Below, one piece after another: positions 50,210 through 61,270 of a stretch of 64,000 bases of DNA. Within the stretch, counting starts at the first letter, position 1; the number at the start of each line of letters is the position of its first letter. Under the pieces are notes generated by a model. The model searched no databases. It was given only the letters and a program-made list of their open reading frames with translations, and was not told the origin of the DNA. This DNA comes from Pseudogymnoascus verrucosus (taxonomy: Eukaryota). The position numbers and the translations under genes were made by a program. The stretch lies in the NCBI GenBank assembly GCA_001662655.1, contig KV460233.1, one strand, 5' to 3'.

Positions 50210-51855
50210 ATGAAGATTCTCCTTAATAAAAATGTGTTACCTCTGGTTGCTCTGTTGCCATTTGCCTTAGGAGATTGTATTAGCTCTGGTGATCAGAACA
50301 ATATCAACAACGCCTTGGCTGCTGGAGGATCTAACACCATAGTCCAGCTCTGTGCGAGTGCCTTTATTCAGGTCACTGGCCAGATCACCTTCACTGCGGC
50401 GAACCAGGAAATCTCCACCGCGGGTTATCCGACGGGAAGTACCAGAGCCACGCTCCAGATTGCACCTGGCAGCACGGTAAGCACAATAATCGCCGGCGGA
50501 AACCATAACGGCGTCCGCATCCTCAACATCCAAATCGACGGCAACCGGGCAAACACAGGCTTTGATCACACCGGGAGCGCTAACATCGAGCTTGGTGGCA
50601 GCGGCTCCGGTCAGGTGGTTTCGCATGTAGCATCAAGGAACCCGCGCGGGTGGAGCTGTCTACATGTCATTGGCTCTGGAAACGCCGCGGCGCCTTGCAC
50701 CAACGCCACGATAGTCAACAACGACATTGGCCCTTGTGGCCAGTCAGGGACCGACTCAGCCGGCAATGGCTTGTGGGCGGATGGCATATCGCTTGACTGC
50801 ACCAAATCGCTTGTGCAGGATAACACGGTTAGTGACCGTGTGTAACTTCGTCTGTATAGTCCACTGGCTCATATTTCACAGATCACAGGTAGCACGGACG
50901 GTGGAATTGTCATCTTCGGCTCTCCTGGCAGCACCATCACTGGCAACACCATCATCTCCTCCGCTACGTACCTAGGCTTTGGCGCCATCAATATGGTTGA
51001 CGGCCAGTATTCCGGTAGCTACGCGGGTGTTACCGTGTCGAATAACAAGATTGTAGGCCAGAAGATGTTCAACTTGGGCATCGGAATCGGGTCTAATGTC
51101 TGGTCATTCAACAACCGCTATATGCTCCAGGGTCCCGTGTCGATCACGGGGAACACCATTAGTGGCAGCGTCAGCTTCCCAATCGCTATAAATGGCTGGA
51201 CTAATGGCATTACGGTGCGTGGTGATGCTCTATTCTCATAATAAAATATATGACAATAGTTACTGATATATCATAGGTATCAGGTAACACTGTTTCAGGA
51301 GTAACCTCACCAAAGTCAAGTTTTGCCGATGCCTCGCACTGCTCCCAAGCTATTCAGACTCTTTTCAACGAGAACGCCGACTTGATCTACTACCCACCAG
51401 GAGTGACGGGTACTCAATCCCTCCAGAGTGGCTTCGTGGCTGCCTCCTCGAACGTGACCAACTTCTTGTGCTCAACGTTGCCCCTGCCGAATTCCGTCAG
51501 CTACACTAAAAACTCCCTTAATATTGTGTCCGACTCGGCCCCCTTCGCGAACTTGCACGGCGTTGTCATGCAGTATCAAGGCGACAATAACGTTGTCGTT
51601 TACACCACTATCAACGGACAGACGGTGGTGTGGGCCAGTGGACATACTCTGAGCAGCGGCTGCGGCAGCCCAAGCCTTTGCCATATGAGCTTCCAGGGAG
51701 ATGGAAATTTAGTGACGTACTATAACAATGTACCGAAGTGGAGCTCGGGAACTTCAGGGACAGGTAACACCATGGTGTGTCTAAACAAAGCGCCATGGAT
51801 TCAGATCTTGGATACGTCGGGTAATGTTATTTGGGACACAACTAAGTCAATCTAA
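50210..51855 (+). CDS. Secreted right-handed beta-helix protein with a C-terminal bulb-type (GNA) lectin domain
   Basis: Signal peptide; PbH1-like repeats (NIQIDGN, IVNNDIG, WADGISL, TDGGIVIFG, ITGNTI); introns 50828-50881 and 51215-51276; QGDNNVVVY and QGDGNLVTY match QxDxNxVxY. Confidence 0.85.
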
Positions 51856-53796
51856 GACTGCAGTGTACACACTCCTGCCATTGTAAGGAAACCGACACTG
51901 TAGTTTCGCACGTAGAATAGCTTTCGGAGCCACGGCATAAGTAAAGGCCGTAGCCCCATAGAATTCTACAAGTTTAGTTCGCGCTCGGAAATCACAAAAT
52001 CGTCTAAATCGTGGCGTTAAATTGAGAATCTGCACATAATCCTAACCGCTATTAGGTGGGGGCACGGGCCATTCATTACTGTTGGGGGGGAAACCGACAT
52101 TCCCATGGGATATGGCAGGCTTTTACAGCCAAAATGGCTGTTTTCCCTGTGGGATTGTGCTGGGCAGTAATTACGCTCAACGTCTCACTTCAGCTGGGGG
52201 GGCCAGAAGAAGCAAATTCTTCGGGGTTTTGGGGGTTTCCCCCAGGCCTACAAATACTGTACGTAGCCCGTAGATTAGGTAGTAATTCAATTGACTCTAT
52301 TATTCTACATACTGTATTCTACTGTTGAAGCCTCTGCCTCGCTGCCCGTAGGAGCTTATTATGGGAACCGGAGATTATCACACGATTTTGTGTGTAATTC
52401 CCCAATTCCCGCAATTACTCCTAACAATTACTTGGTAAATCTAGGTCGTTGTGTTAGGTCTCATGGTTTGGCGTCCGCCTAATTAGGGAAGGTGCGTGCA
52501 CGGGCTAGTTGCCGCTTTTGAGTTCTATACCTAGAACTCATTAGGGTAATCGAGTATCAATAGAAAAGGCCCTTAAGTTCAAACCAAACGCTCCCGGGCC
52601 ATAAAACGAGGTGCGGGGTACCCTAATTTGGAGATATTCGCAGGTTAGAGAAGATTGTCGCCGATTTTAGCTCTCATAGAAAAAAATAGCAAAGCTCAGC
52701 CTTTCTCGTAATCTCCTCTCTCACTCATGCTACTAATAAAAAATATATAATTCACATACATCATAGACCGTATTCAGGATATGATTTATCACATATACCA
52801 TAGTATATCGCAACGCAATCAATTAATTAACTAAACTATCTAATGGGCTACGTCACGTAACCCATACTAACTAATTAACAATTATGCATATACCACGTAG
52901 GCTACGTGCTATATGCATAATTGCTAATTAGTATCCACACCATAACGAATATGGTAGTAAGGATACGTAAGCTAATGATATGATCTGCAGGCCTGATCGG
53001 CGCATTAACATTACCACGTTACCACTGTCAAAGTGTTCAGTCCGATGAAACTAGTCTGATGAAACTACCTCTAATCCTAGAGGTAACCTTCACCCGTCGT
53101 GGGGCTGGGATGGGCCACATTAAAACATCGCATTCCCCGCTGCGACGTGATATGCGCTAGCGAAATAACAGTGTGGGCATATCCAAAGACACACTAAATT
53201 AAGCTGTGGTGAAGTGGTATGTCTTGGTCGGCCCGAACCTGATACTTTGGTTAACTAGAACGACGAACAGTTGGCTGGTAAGCTTTTGGCCTAGGCTTAG
53301 TCGGGTAGTTCTAATCCGGATGGCGTTCTAATCCGGATGGCACCCCTTTGGTGGTATGATCGTGCTATCTAAATCAGTTAAGATCAGTATTGTCTTAATA
53401 GCAGTCAGTCTAGGAACTGAGATGATTTGTTAAGCTTTCGCCTGTATTCATTCTCAGGTTGCTACGTTTGGCCGGGCGATCGTTAAGCCTTCTGCCCGAG
53501 AAGTGGCCACAATAGCCCATTTTGTGTCAGAAGACATGCAGGAAGGCAAGCAAGCTTGATGGTATAGCAACTGTAGGTACTGGAGCCAGTCCGCCAGGTG
53601 GTACTTGGTAAATTTACGCAAAGGATTAACGTGGGACATAAGCGAAGTTGTACCATAAATAACTCCCTATCATGTGTCATACATGCTTATAAAAGGACGA
53701 CAATTCCTTCGAACTTCAACATCACCAGTCCTCACTCATTGACTTTTCAACATCTAGCTAGGAATTACTATTCTCTATTATTTCCTTCCTGGTATT

Positions 53797-55446
53797 ATGC
53801 GCTTTTCAGTCACACTATGGCTGCTCGCAGCTACTATCAGCTGGGCTGCTCCTCCCTCGAATATTGATAACCTCCAAGGGACGCAGTCTGCCGATAGGCT
53901 GGTCTTTTGCCACTTCATGGTGGGTGGTCAACAGGTTGATAGAACCCCATAGAAAGCTAAAACTTTATTAGATTGGCATTGTAGGTGACCGGACAAGTAC
54001 CGCAGATTACGACGACGATATGCTGAGAGCTAAATCCCTTGGGATTGACGCCTTTGCGTTGAACATTGGAGTCGACAGCTACACAGACGCGCAACTTAAC
54101 CTTGCCTACCAGTCTGCCGCTAACAATGACATGAAAGTTTTCATTTCTTTTGACTTCAATTGGTACAGCCCAACAAGTGGTGCAAGTGCTGTCGGTTCTA
54201 AGATCGCTCAGTATGCAAATCATCCTGCTCAGCTGATGGTTGATGGCAAAGTCTTCGCTTCGTCGTTTGCTGGAGATGCTTTAGACGTCGCTAGTATGAA
54301 ATCTGCTGCTGGTGTCCCTGTTTTCTGGGCTCCCAACTTCCATCCTGGCGAGAGTGATTTCAGCAAAATTGATGGAGCTTTGAACTGGATGGTAAGCGTT
54401 TCTTGTTATTATCGTGAAGAACTAGAGTGATAACGTGTTAATGATAGGCCTGGCCAAATAATGGTAACAATAAAGCACCAACTCCTGGTGCAAATGTTAC
54501 TGTCCAAGCTGGAGATGAAGCTTATATCTCTGCCCTTGCTGGGAAACCATATATTGCACCTGTCTCTCCCTGGTTCAGCACTCACTTTGGTCCTGAAGTC
54601 TCTTACAGCAAGAACTGGATTTTTCCATCGGATCTTCTGTGGTTCAATCGGTGGAACGAGGTCCTCACCTTAGGTTCGCGGTTCTTGGAAATCATTACCT
54701 GGAATGACTATGGCGAATCACATTACATCGGCCCGCTAAAGTCCCTTCATTATGATGATGGAAACTCGAAATGGGTGAATGATATGTAAGTTAAGGCCAC
54801 CTGGTCAAATTTAGTAGCATGGACCTAACGTTACAGGCCCCACAATGGCTGGCTTGATATGGCTAAGCCATTCATCGCAGCTTATCATGCTGGTGCAGAG
54901 TCTGTGGACTCTTACATTACCACTGATCAACTCATCTACTGGTATCGCCCAACACTACGAGGGCTTGACTGCGACGCCACCGATACGACTATGGTCCCAG
55001 CAAGTAATTCTAGCGGGAACTATTTCGAAGGACGACCAGACGGCTGGGAGGATATGCAAGACTCTGTCTTTGTTGTTTCCTTGCTCACAGCCCCTGGTAC
55101 GGTCACAATAATCTCCGGGGAAAATCACCAAACCTTTGATGCTCCTGCTGGAGCCTCATCTTTCCAAGTTGATATGCAAGTCGGAATACAGTCGTTCGCA
55201 CTTACCCGTGGGCCAAATGTCGTCTTGAGTGGCTCATCTCTCAAAGAAGTCTCATCAATCTGCATCTGTGGAATCTACAATTTCAATGCATTTGTCGGAA
55301 CACTTCCCCCGGGTCCCTCTGACCCTCTACAACATGATGGCCTCGCATCACTAACAGCAGGTCTGCATGTTAGCACCTGCTTTCCATCGCCTTCTCTTCC
55401 AGCCACACCACCACCACCACCCACTGCTTTACCTACCACAAGTTAA
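53797..55446 (+). CDS. GH71 alpha-1,3-glucanase (mutanase), now ending in the linker
   Basis: Signal peptide, RLVFCHFM-IGIV, GIDAFALNIG, APVSPWFSTH, ITWNDYGESHY, MPHNGW and YNFNAFVG; three introns. Confidence 0.92.
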
Positions 55447-55503
55447 AATCACTTCTGCAGTGTCGCCGACTACCAGCATTCCGGTGCCGGTAACAACTAA
55501 AAC

Positions 55504-55837
55504 TGTTAGCGAGAAACGGGGAATACGGCGTTCCACGGCCAAAATCGGGTGATAATATCTAGTCTCCCTTAAGGTCCCACAGCGCAGACGGTATCAGGGA
55601 GTATCACAAGTAATACAGTATATAGAACATATCAAATCGATTGAATTATCTACCTATCTTACTGGGCTACATGGCTATATACTCGATTCCTAGGGGGTGG
55701 CCAAAACTCTGAGTCTTAGCCTGTCTCACATCAGCTAGTCAGCTGAAATCAGTGAGCTAAAGGGATAGGCCTGGGAAACGCCCATATCCAGGGCTATTTC
55801 TTGGCAAATCCCTGATCATTCCCTAGAATCTCTAACA
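55504..55837. mobile_element. Solo LTR with a 5-bp target-site duplication
   Basis: TGTTAG...CTAACA termini flanked by AAAAC (55499-55503) and AAAAC (55838-55842). Confidence 0.88.
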
Positions 55838-55842
55838 AAAAC

Positions 55843-56123
55843 CACCCCTCCGGCTTCTACCAGCTCTAGCAATCCCGCCGGCAGCTCAACATGTATTGCT
55901 GGTACAGGGCCCGGGAATTACGTAGGCCTTTGCGTTTTCTCCTGCCAGTATGGCTACTGTCCACTTGGCCCATGCACCTGTACTGCTTGCGGTGCAGGTG
56001 TTCCAACCAGTGACTGCTAATTCTAGATGTCCGTTACCGGGCGAAGACAATTCCTCCTTAGGACTCTGCAGCTTCTGCTGCTCTCATGGCTATTGCCCTC
56101 CTACCGCTTGTGCTCAGGGTTAA
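55843..56123 (+). pseudogene. Orphaned CBM24 (alpha-1,3-glucan-binding) coding remnant of the GH71 gene
   Basis: TCIAGTGPGNYVGLCVFSCQYGYCPLGPCTC...CPLPGEDNSSLGLCSFCCSHGYCPPTAC with internal stops or a frameshift. Confidence 0.85.
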
Positions 56124-56309
56124 GTAAGGGGTTGACTCTAGTTAGGTAGGTGACTACTAGCGAATACCTACTGTTGTATGTTTCTGCTTATTTTTTTTTT
56201 TTTTTTTTTTTTGCCATTTCCTAGCTACGTATGAAGCTACCTACTACCATGAGTTGGTAGTTTGGCTAGAACATATATACACACATAATCACGCGCCCAA
56301 CCCCCCACG

Positions 56310-56875
56310 CGCGGGAATTGGACGGACCTCACCTCTAATTTCTCACTTAATCCATCACTCTCTAAATCCAGTCCCTATATTATAAACCCAGCCCCTAACT
56401 ACCTGGAAAATCCGCATTTAAGCCCTCCTCCGCTCCCAAAGCCTCTGGGGCGCCATCTCCGGACCTCCCCCTCGACTCCGCCGACTGCGACGCCTACCTC
56501 GACCTCGAAGCTGACTCCGTTTTCGGGGCCCCTTTGCCGCGCCTCGGGCTGTCCACGGGTCCTAACTACCGCACGTGGCGGAAAGAGGTTGAGCTGGTTT
56601 TGCGCGGCGAGGGGGTGTGGGGTGTTGTTTGCCCGCCTGAGGGGGAGGTGGTTGAGGAAGTGGGAGGCGAGGAAGCTGTCGGTGGAGAGGGGAGAGGGGA
56701 GAGTAGGAGGAGCGCAAGGGCCAGCGTGATTATCTTCGAGTACTGCGATAAAGCATCCCTATCTCGGATCCTTCACTGCAAAGACGCCTTAGCGCGCTGG
56801 GTCTGTTTGAAGACCACATACGGCCCGCGCCTAAGCCAGCTCGATAGTCTAAGGAGGAGTTTTACACGCGGACGA
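56310..56875 (+). pseudogene. Copia Gag-like copy D (no ATG, 3'-truncated)
   Basis: STGPNYRTWRKEVELVLRGEGVWGVV...RASVIIFEYCDKASLSRILHCKDALARWVCLKTTYGPRL, collinear with copies A and B. Confidence 0.65.
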
Positions 56876-57615
56876 AGTCGGAAGGGGGCGGGGGTGGGAG
56901 GTAAAGACAGGTTGATATTTCAGGATAGGTGGTGGGTGTATTTGGCGTTTAACGGCTTTGAGTGGCCACAGTGGGGAAGGGGGTTATCATACCATACCAT
57001 ATTATCTTTCCGCGAATATCAAATCCGCTTTCCAATCAAAGTTATCAGATCCATCATTCCATACATGATTGCCTGTACGTATCTGCGTCTTCGCTCTCGG
57101 ATTGACTTTGCGGGCGGAGAAAATAATAGTCGATGGGCTTTATACATACGATTCTCACTTGTGCATGTAGTATGGTTTTAAGGCAATGGATTGTATTTCA
57201 TTTTAGCTGTTTAGAGCTGGGGTATCATGGTATACCATCCCCTCCCCTCCCCACGGCATTCATAGATGATAAATCATCCTCATCTTCGTTTCATCCATCT
57301 ATCAATCTATCTATCTACCTATCTATCAATTGCTTCCCCCCCCCTTTCTCCTCAATAATCGCAGCAAATCCAGTTCTCGACCAGACACACCTAACCATGG
57401 GGCGCCCGCCCCATGTAACATGTTAGATCTACATGACCTCCCCACGATATCCGCACAACCACCACGGCCGCGCCTAACAACCCTCACCCTTCTCCCACCA
57501 CGCATCCCCATACACAAACCAAGATATCAAACCCATTACATCACAGAACAATAATAACCAGAACACCACCCCAGCGCCCCAACCCACAAAGAAAAAAAAC
57601 ACCACACAACCCCAC

Positions 57616-58525
57616 CTACGCCAGCGCCGCAGTAGTAAGTCCATACGCAATACTCAACCTCTGCATCTCTACCTCCGGATAACTTGAAATCCTCTCGCAG
57701 ACCTCGTCGCAAAACTCCTTAAACTGATCCTCGCACTGCCTCACCAGCGCCGCCCTCTCAAATCCCGGTGGATAAGCGCCCGCATACGCCCAAATCAATC
57801 AGCCATGCCTTTCCCTCCGCATCGAGAATGATATTGCGCGGCGCGATATCCTGGTGCGTCAACACCAGCTCATCATCGCGGAACGAGAAGCGAGGCGTAC
57901 CGGGGATGACATGTTTGAATCTTGAGCAGATATCGAATTTATGATTAAACCACGCCTCCATCTCCCCCACCGTCTCGCAGCTCGCAGCGGCCATAATCCG
58001 AGAACCACGGGCCCATCCAGCGTCTGACGCCGCCGATCGGCCACGGTACCAGCGGTAGGGTGAGGTTTCCCATCTCCCCAATCATTGCAGCGACCTGGCT
58101 GGCGACATCCGCGCGCTTATCCGCATCAAGGCCCTCCCAGCTCACATCCAGACCGACGCCGTCAATGTAGTCCATGACGATATAACATCTCTCGCCGAAA
58201 AACCCGTCGTCTGGCTTACCGGGGATGATGCGGTGGACGGCCGGTAGACGGATCTGCGTCTTCTCGCGCGCGAGGGTTATGGCGTGGGCTTCGGCGGGAA
58301 AGGCGGTGGAGCCGCCCTTGAGGACGAGGGAGCGGGAGAGACGCACGATTTGGGTGCCGCCGAAGCGGTGGAGGATGGGGGCTGTGGAGAAGAGCGCAAG
58401 GATGGCCTCATCGGGGACTTTTGACAAGTCGATGTTATCGAGGGGGAAGGGGATGGTGGGGTCTTTGCTAGATGGCTGGGGGGGGGGGAGGTGGGTGTGG
58501 TTAGTCTACGATGGTTTGAGAGCAT
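57616..58525 (-). pseudogene. APH/choline-kinase-like phosphotransferase, frameshifted
   Basis: LVLKGG, YIVMDYIDG, LVLTHQDIAPRNII and WLID/WAYAGAYP are spread over different frames (shifts near 58485, 57985 and 57793). Confidence 0.75.
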
Positions 58526-59450
58526 GTAGGGGGGGGTGGGATGGGGGACATACGTCGACGAAGGGGCGGAAGCCGAAAATATCACCCATGATTTGGTATA
58601 GATATCAAAAGCAGAGATGGGGAGGAAAGGTTATGATGTAGACATATAGTGTAATATCTAAACAAACTACGGTTTTAGTCGGTATTGAAGTATCATCTGA
58701 TATTCTAGGCAGTCACTGCTGCTGTTGTTATTTTACCTATTCCAGCACCTGATGTTGGTTGGATGGTGAAGTCAGGTGACTTATCACTTCTCAGTTGGAG
58801 TAGTGGGATAACGACGGCAGCAGGTATGTCTCACATTGCACGATCTCTCACGCACGCACGATCAAGATTAGCACACATCAAGATTAAAATAAATGCCATG
58901 CATTTTCATTCCAGCTCTCTCTCTCTTTCCGAGCCTAGCTATCGTAGTATCGATGGTATTCATCCTCATCCTCACTCATTTCATCCATCCATCCCATAAT
59001 TTTCATCTCCTCCCCTCTCATAATCGCAGTAAAATCCAGCAGTACTCGAACAGCAAAAGCCAGCAGTAGTACTCGAACAAAACCCATCCACCTGCCATCC
59101 ACCTCCACCTCTGCCTCCCCATCTATAAGCGAAAAGAGTGTGTTGCCCGCAAAAAAAAACGTGGCTGGTATAAAGAAAGTAATCCGAGTGAGCCTCCCCA
59201 TCCCCAGCCCACGAGACGTGGTAGCAATAACTCCCCCACCACCCCACTGCCTGTTTCAACGGCAGACAAAAATTCAACCCATTCTGAACTCCATTTCCCA
59301 GTATGCGATGCGATGCGATGCGATGCGCGACGCTAGCCCAGCCAAACCCAAAGTATATACAACGAAAAATCTCCCCCGTGAATCATCCACCCACCGCGGC
59401 TCACCACCCCAACGAAACCAGTTCGTCCAGAATGACAAGGCGCGGCGCTG

Positions 59451-60278
59451 TTAGATCCACATCATCGTCGAAGACTGCTGCTGCGCCGGCACCGGCTTCC
59501 CAACCATCTCGCAATACAAGTCCTGGATCTCCATCACGTAATCCTCCGCGCTGAACTTGCACAGTCCCCTACTATACAAATCCTGCTCCTCTTCGCTCAT
59601 CATCGCGCGGCGCGTGGCACCACCGCTGTACTCCTCAGCCAACTCGCGCACCTGCGCTAGCTCGTTGGTGAATGGGTTTGCTGTGGTGTCGAATGCTGGT
59701 GCAGGGCTGAAGAAGTCGGCGCTGGTGCGGGGGTGGGAGATGGATGGTTTGCGAGTTGATGTTGAGATTGAGGAGTGCGAGGAGTTCTGGGACGATTGGC
59801 GGGTAGAGCGCTGGCGCGAGAGGATCTCGTGGGATTTCTTGGTGTGGCTCAATGCGCGCTGTGGGATGGAAGGCGCCGTGCTGTCGGTGGATGCGCTGAT
59901 GCTGTGGGTGGGCTGCTTGTTATTGGCGTTGTCGAAGTAGGAAGATAGGTGGTTGGGGGAGGGAGAGATGGGCGTGCTGCTGCTGGATCCGGAGCCGCGG
60001 ACGGAGGAGTCGGGTGTGGTGGTGGTGGAGTGCGACATGGAGGGGAGGTCGGACTCGTCGCCGGAGGAGGTGGGCGAGGCGGTGGAGATGGGGTACAGGT
60101 CCGGCGCGTTGTAGGAGATCATGTTGGTTGTTGAGAGGAGCTCCATGGGGCCCGAGATCTTGTTGCGGATGGTGCCGGCGGAGAAGGAGTGCTTGGTTGT
60201 TAGGCTGCGGGAGGGGACTGGCGCGGTGTTCTGGGATTTGGAGCCCTTGCGGGTGGTGAAGGCGCGGGAGAGTGCCAT
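59451..60278 (-). CDS. Conserved fungal Ser/Thr-rich hypothetical protein
   Basis: 275-aa ORF with KISGPMELLSTTNMISYNAPD and ELAQVRELAEE...GLCKFSAEDY blocks. Confidence 0.8.
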   Translation of the reverse strand: MALSRAFTTRKGSKSQNTAPVPSRSLTTKHSFSAGTIRNKISGPMELLSTTNMISYNAPDLYPISTASPTSSGDESDLPSMSHSTTTTPDSSVRGSGSSSSTPISPSPNHLSSYFDNANNKQPTHSISASTDSTAPSIPQRALSHTKKSHEILSRQRSTRQSSQNSSHSSISTSTRKPSISHPRTSADFFSPAPAFDTTANPFTNELAQVRELAEEYSGGATRRAMMSEEEQDLYSRGLCKFSAEDYVMEIQDLYCEMVGKPVPAQQQSSTMMWI

Positions 60279-61119
60279 TGTGTTGGTTCACGGCGCGATG
60301 TGGTGGAAGGTAGTATGGATAGTCGTTGGTCGACTGTGGAATCAGGAAAGTTCGTCTCTTTCGACTTGTTCTTGTTTCTTGTTGCTATAGTTGTATCTTA
60401 TTGTTGTAGATGCGCAGACACAGTCCAGCGCGTAATGAATCTGATCAGATGTGTTGTTTGTATGGTGCTGTGTACTCGTAGTGAGCTGGTTGTTGGTGGA
60501 ACAGTTTAGTCAGTTCTGTAAGGAGCGAACAGATGTTGATATTGTTCCCTGTGCGAAGTCCAAGTTGTCGAGTAGATCGAGTAAATGAAGGCGTTATGGA
60601 CAACGACGATGTATGTGTGTATGCTTTTTCGACCTGCGACGGATAAATGGGAAAGTAGTAGAGAATGATCAAAGAAGGGAAGAAACGTTTCGTTGCACAG
60701 ATGCAGGCGACATGGGGGAAGGGAAGGGGAAGGGAGGAAGAAGAAACAAAGATGGGAGGGAAGGGGAGGGAAAGGGAGGGAGAAAAAGGAAGGTGTGTGT
60801 GTGAGTCTGTGTGGTGGTAGTGGTTGATAGTGCGTGCATGAGTTGTGTGTGTGTGATGGGGAGTAAAGTTGAGGAGTGGAGGGAGGGGAGAGGGGGGATC
60901 GACTAGGGAGATCCACCCGTCGTTGGTTGACTTATAGCGCCAAGCCGGTGGTACTGTGTTAGTGGGAAAGTATATGCTAGACAAAGAAGAAGTACCTTTT
61001 CTAGTTAACCACACACAACCTTGCAGACAACACGTTCAAAACGCGCAGGGGACCCGCTAATAGAGTACTTGCAGGATGTATAGTAGGTACATGTCGCAGG
61101 TATTTTTGGGTGTGTCCTA

Positions 61120-61270
61120 TGTGATTTCTGTGTGATCTGTGTGTTCTGTGTGAATTCTGTCTGTTCTATGTGATTTCTGTGTGGTGTATGGTGTGTTCTG
61201 TGTGTTCTAGTATGTGTGTTCTATCTAATATGTGTGTCTTCTATTCTATTCTATCCTATGTGTAGTTCTA
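61120..61270. repeat. TG/TCT-rich low-complexity tract
   Basis: Repeated tgtgatttctgtgtg / tgtgttctgtgtg variants. Confidence 0.6.

Noticed and set aside
4600..58600. Starship giant transposon
   Set aside because: No DUF3435 tyrosine-recombinase captain, recognisable termini or 5S rDNA target was seen.
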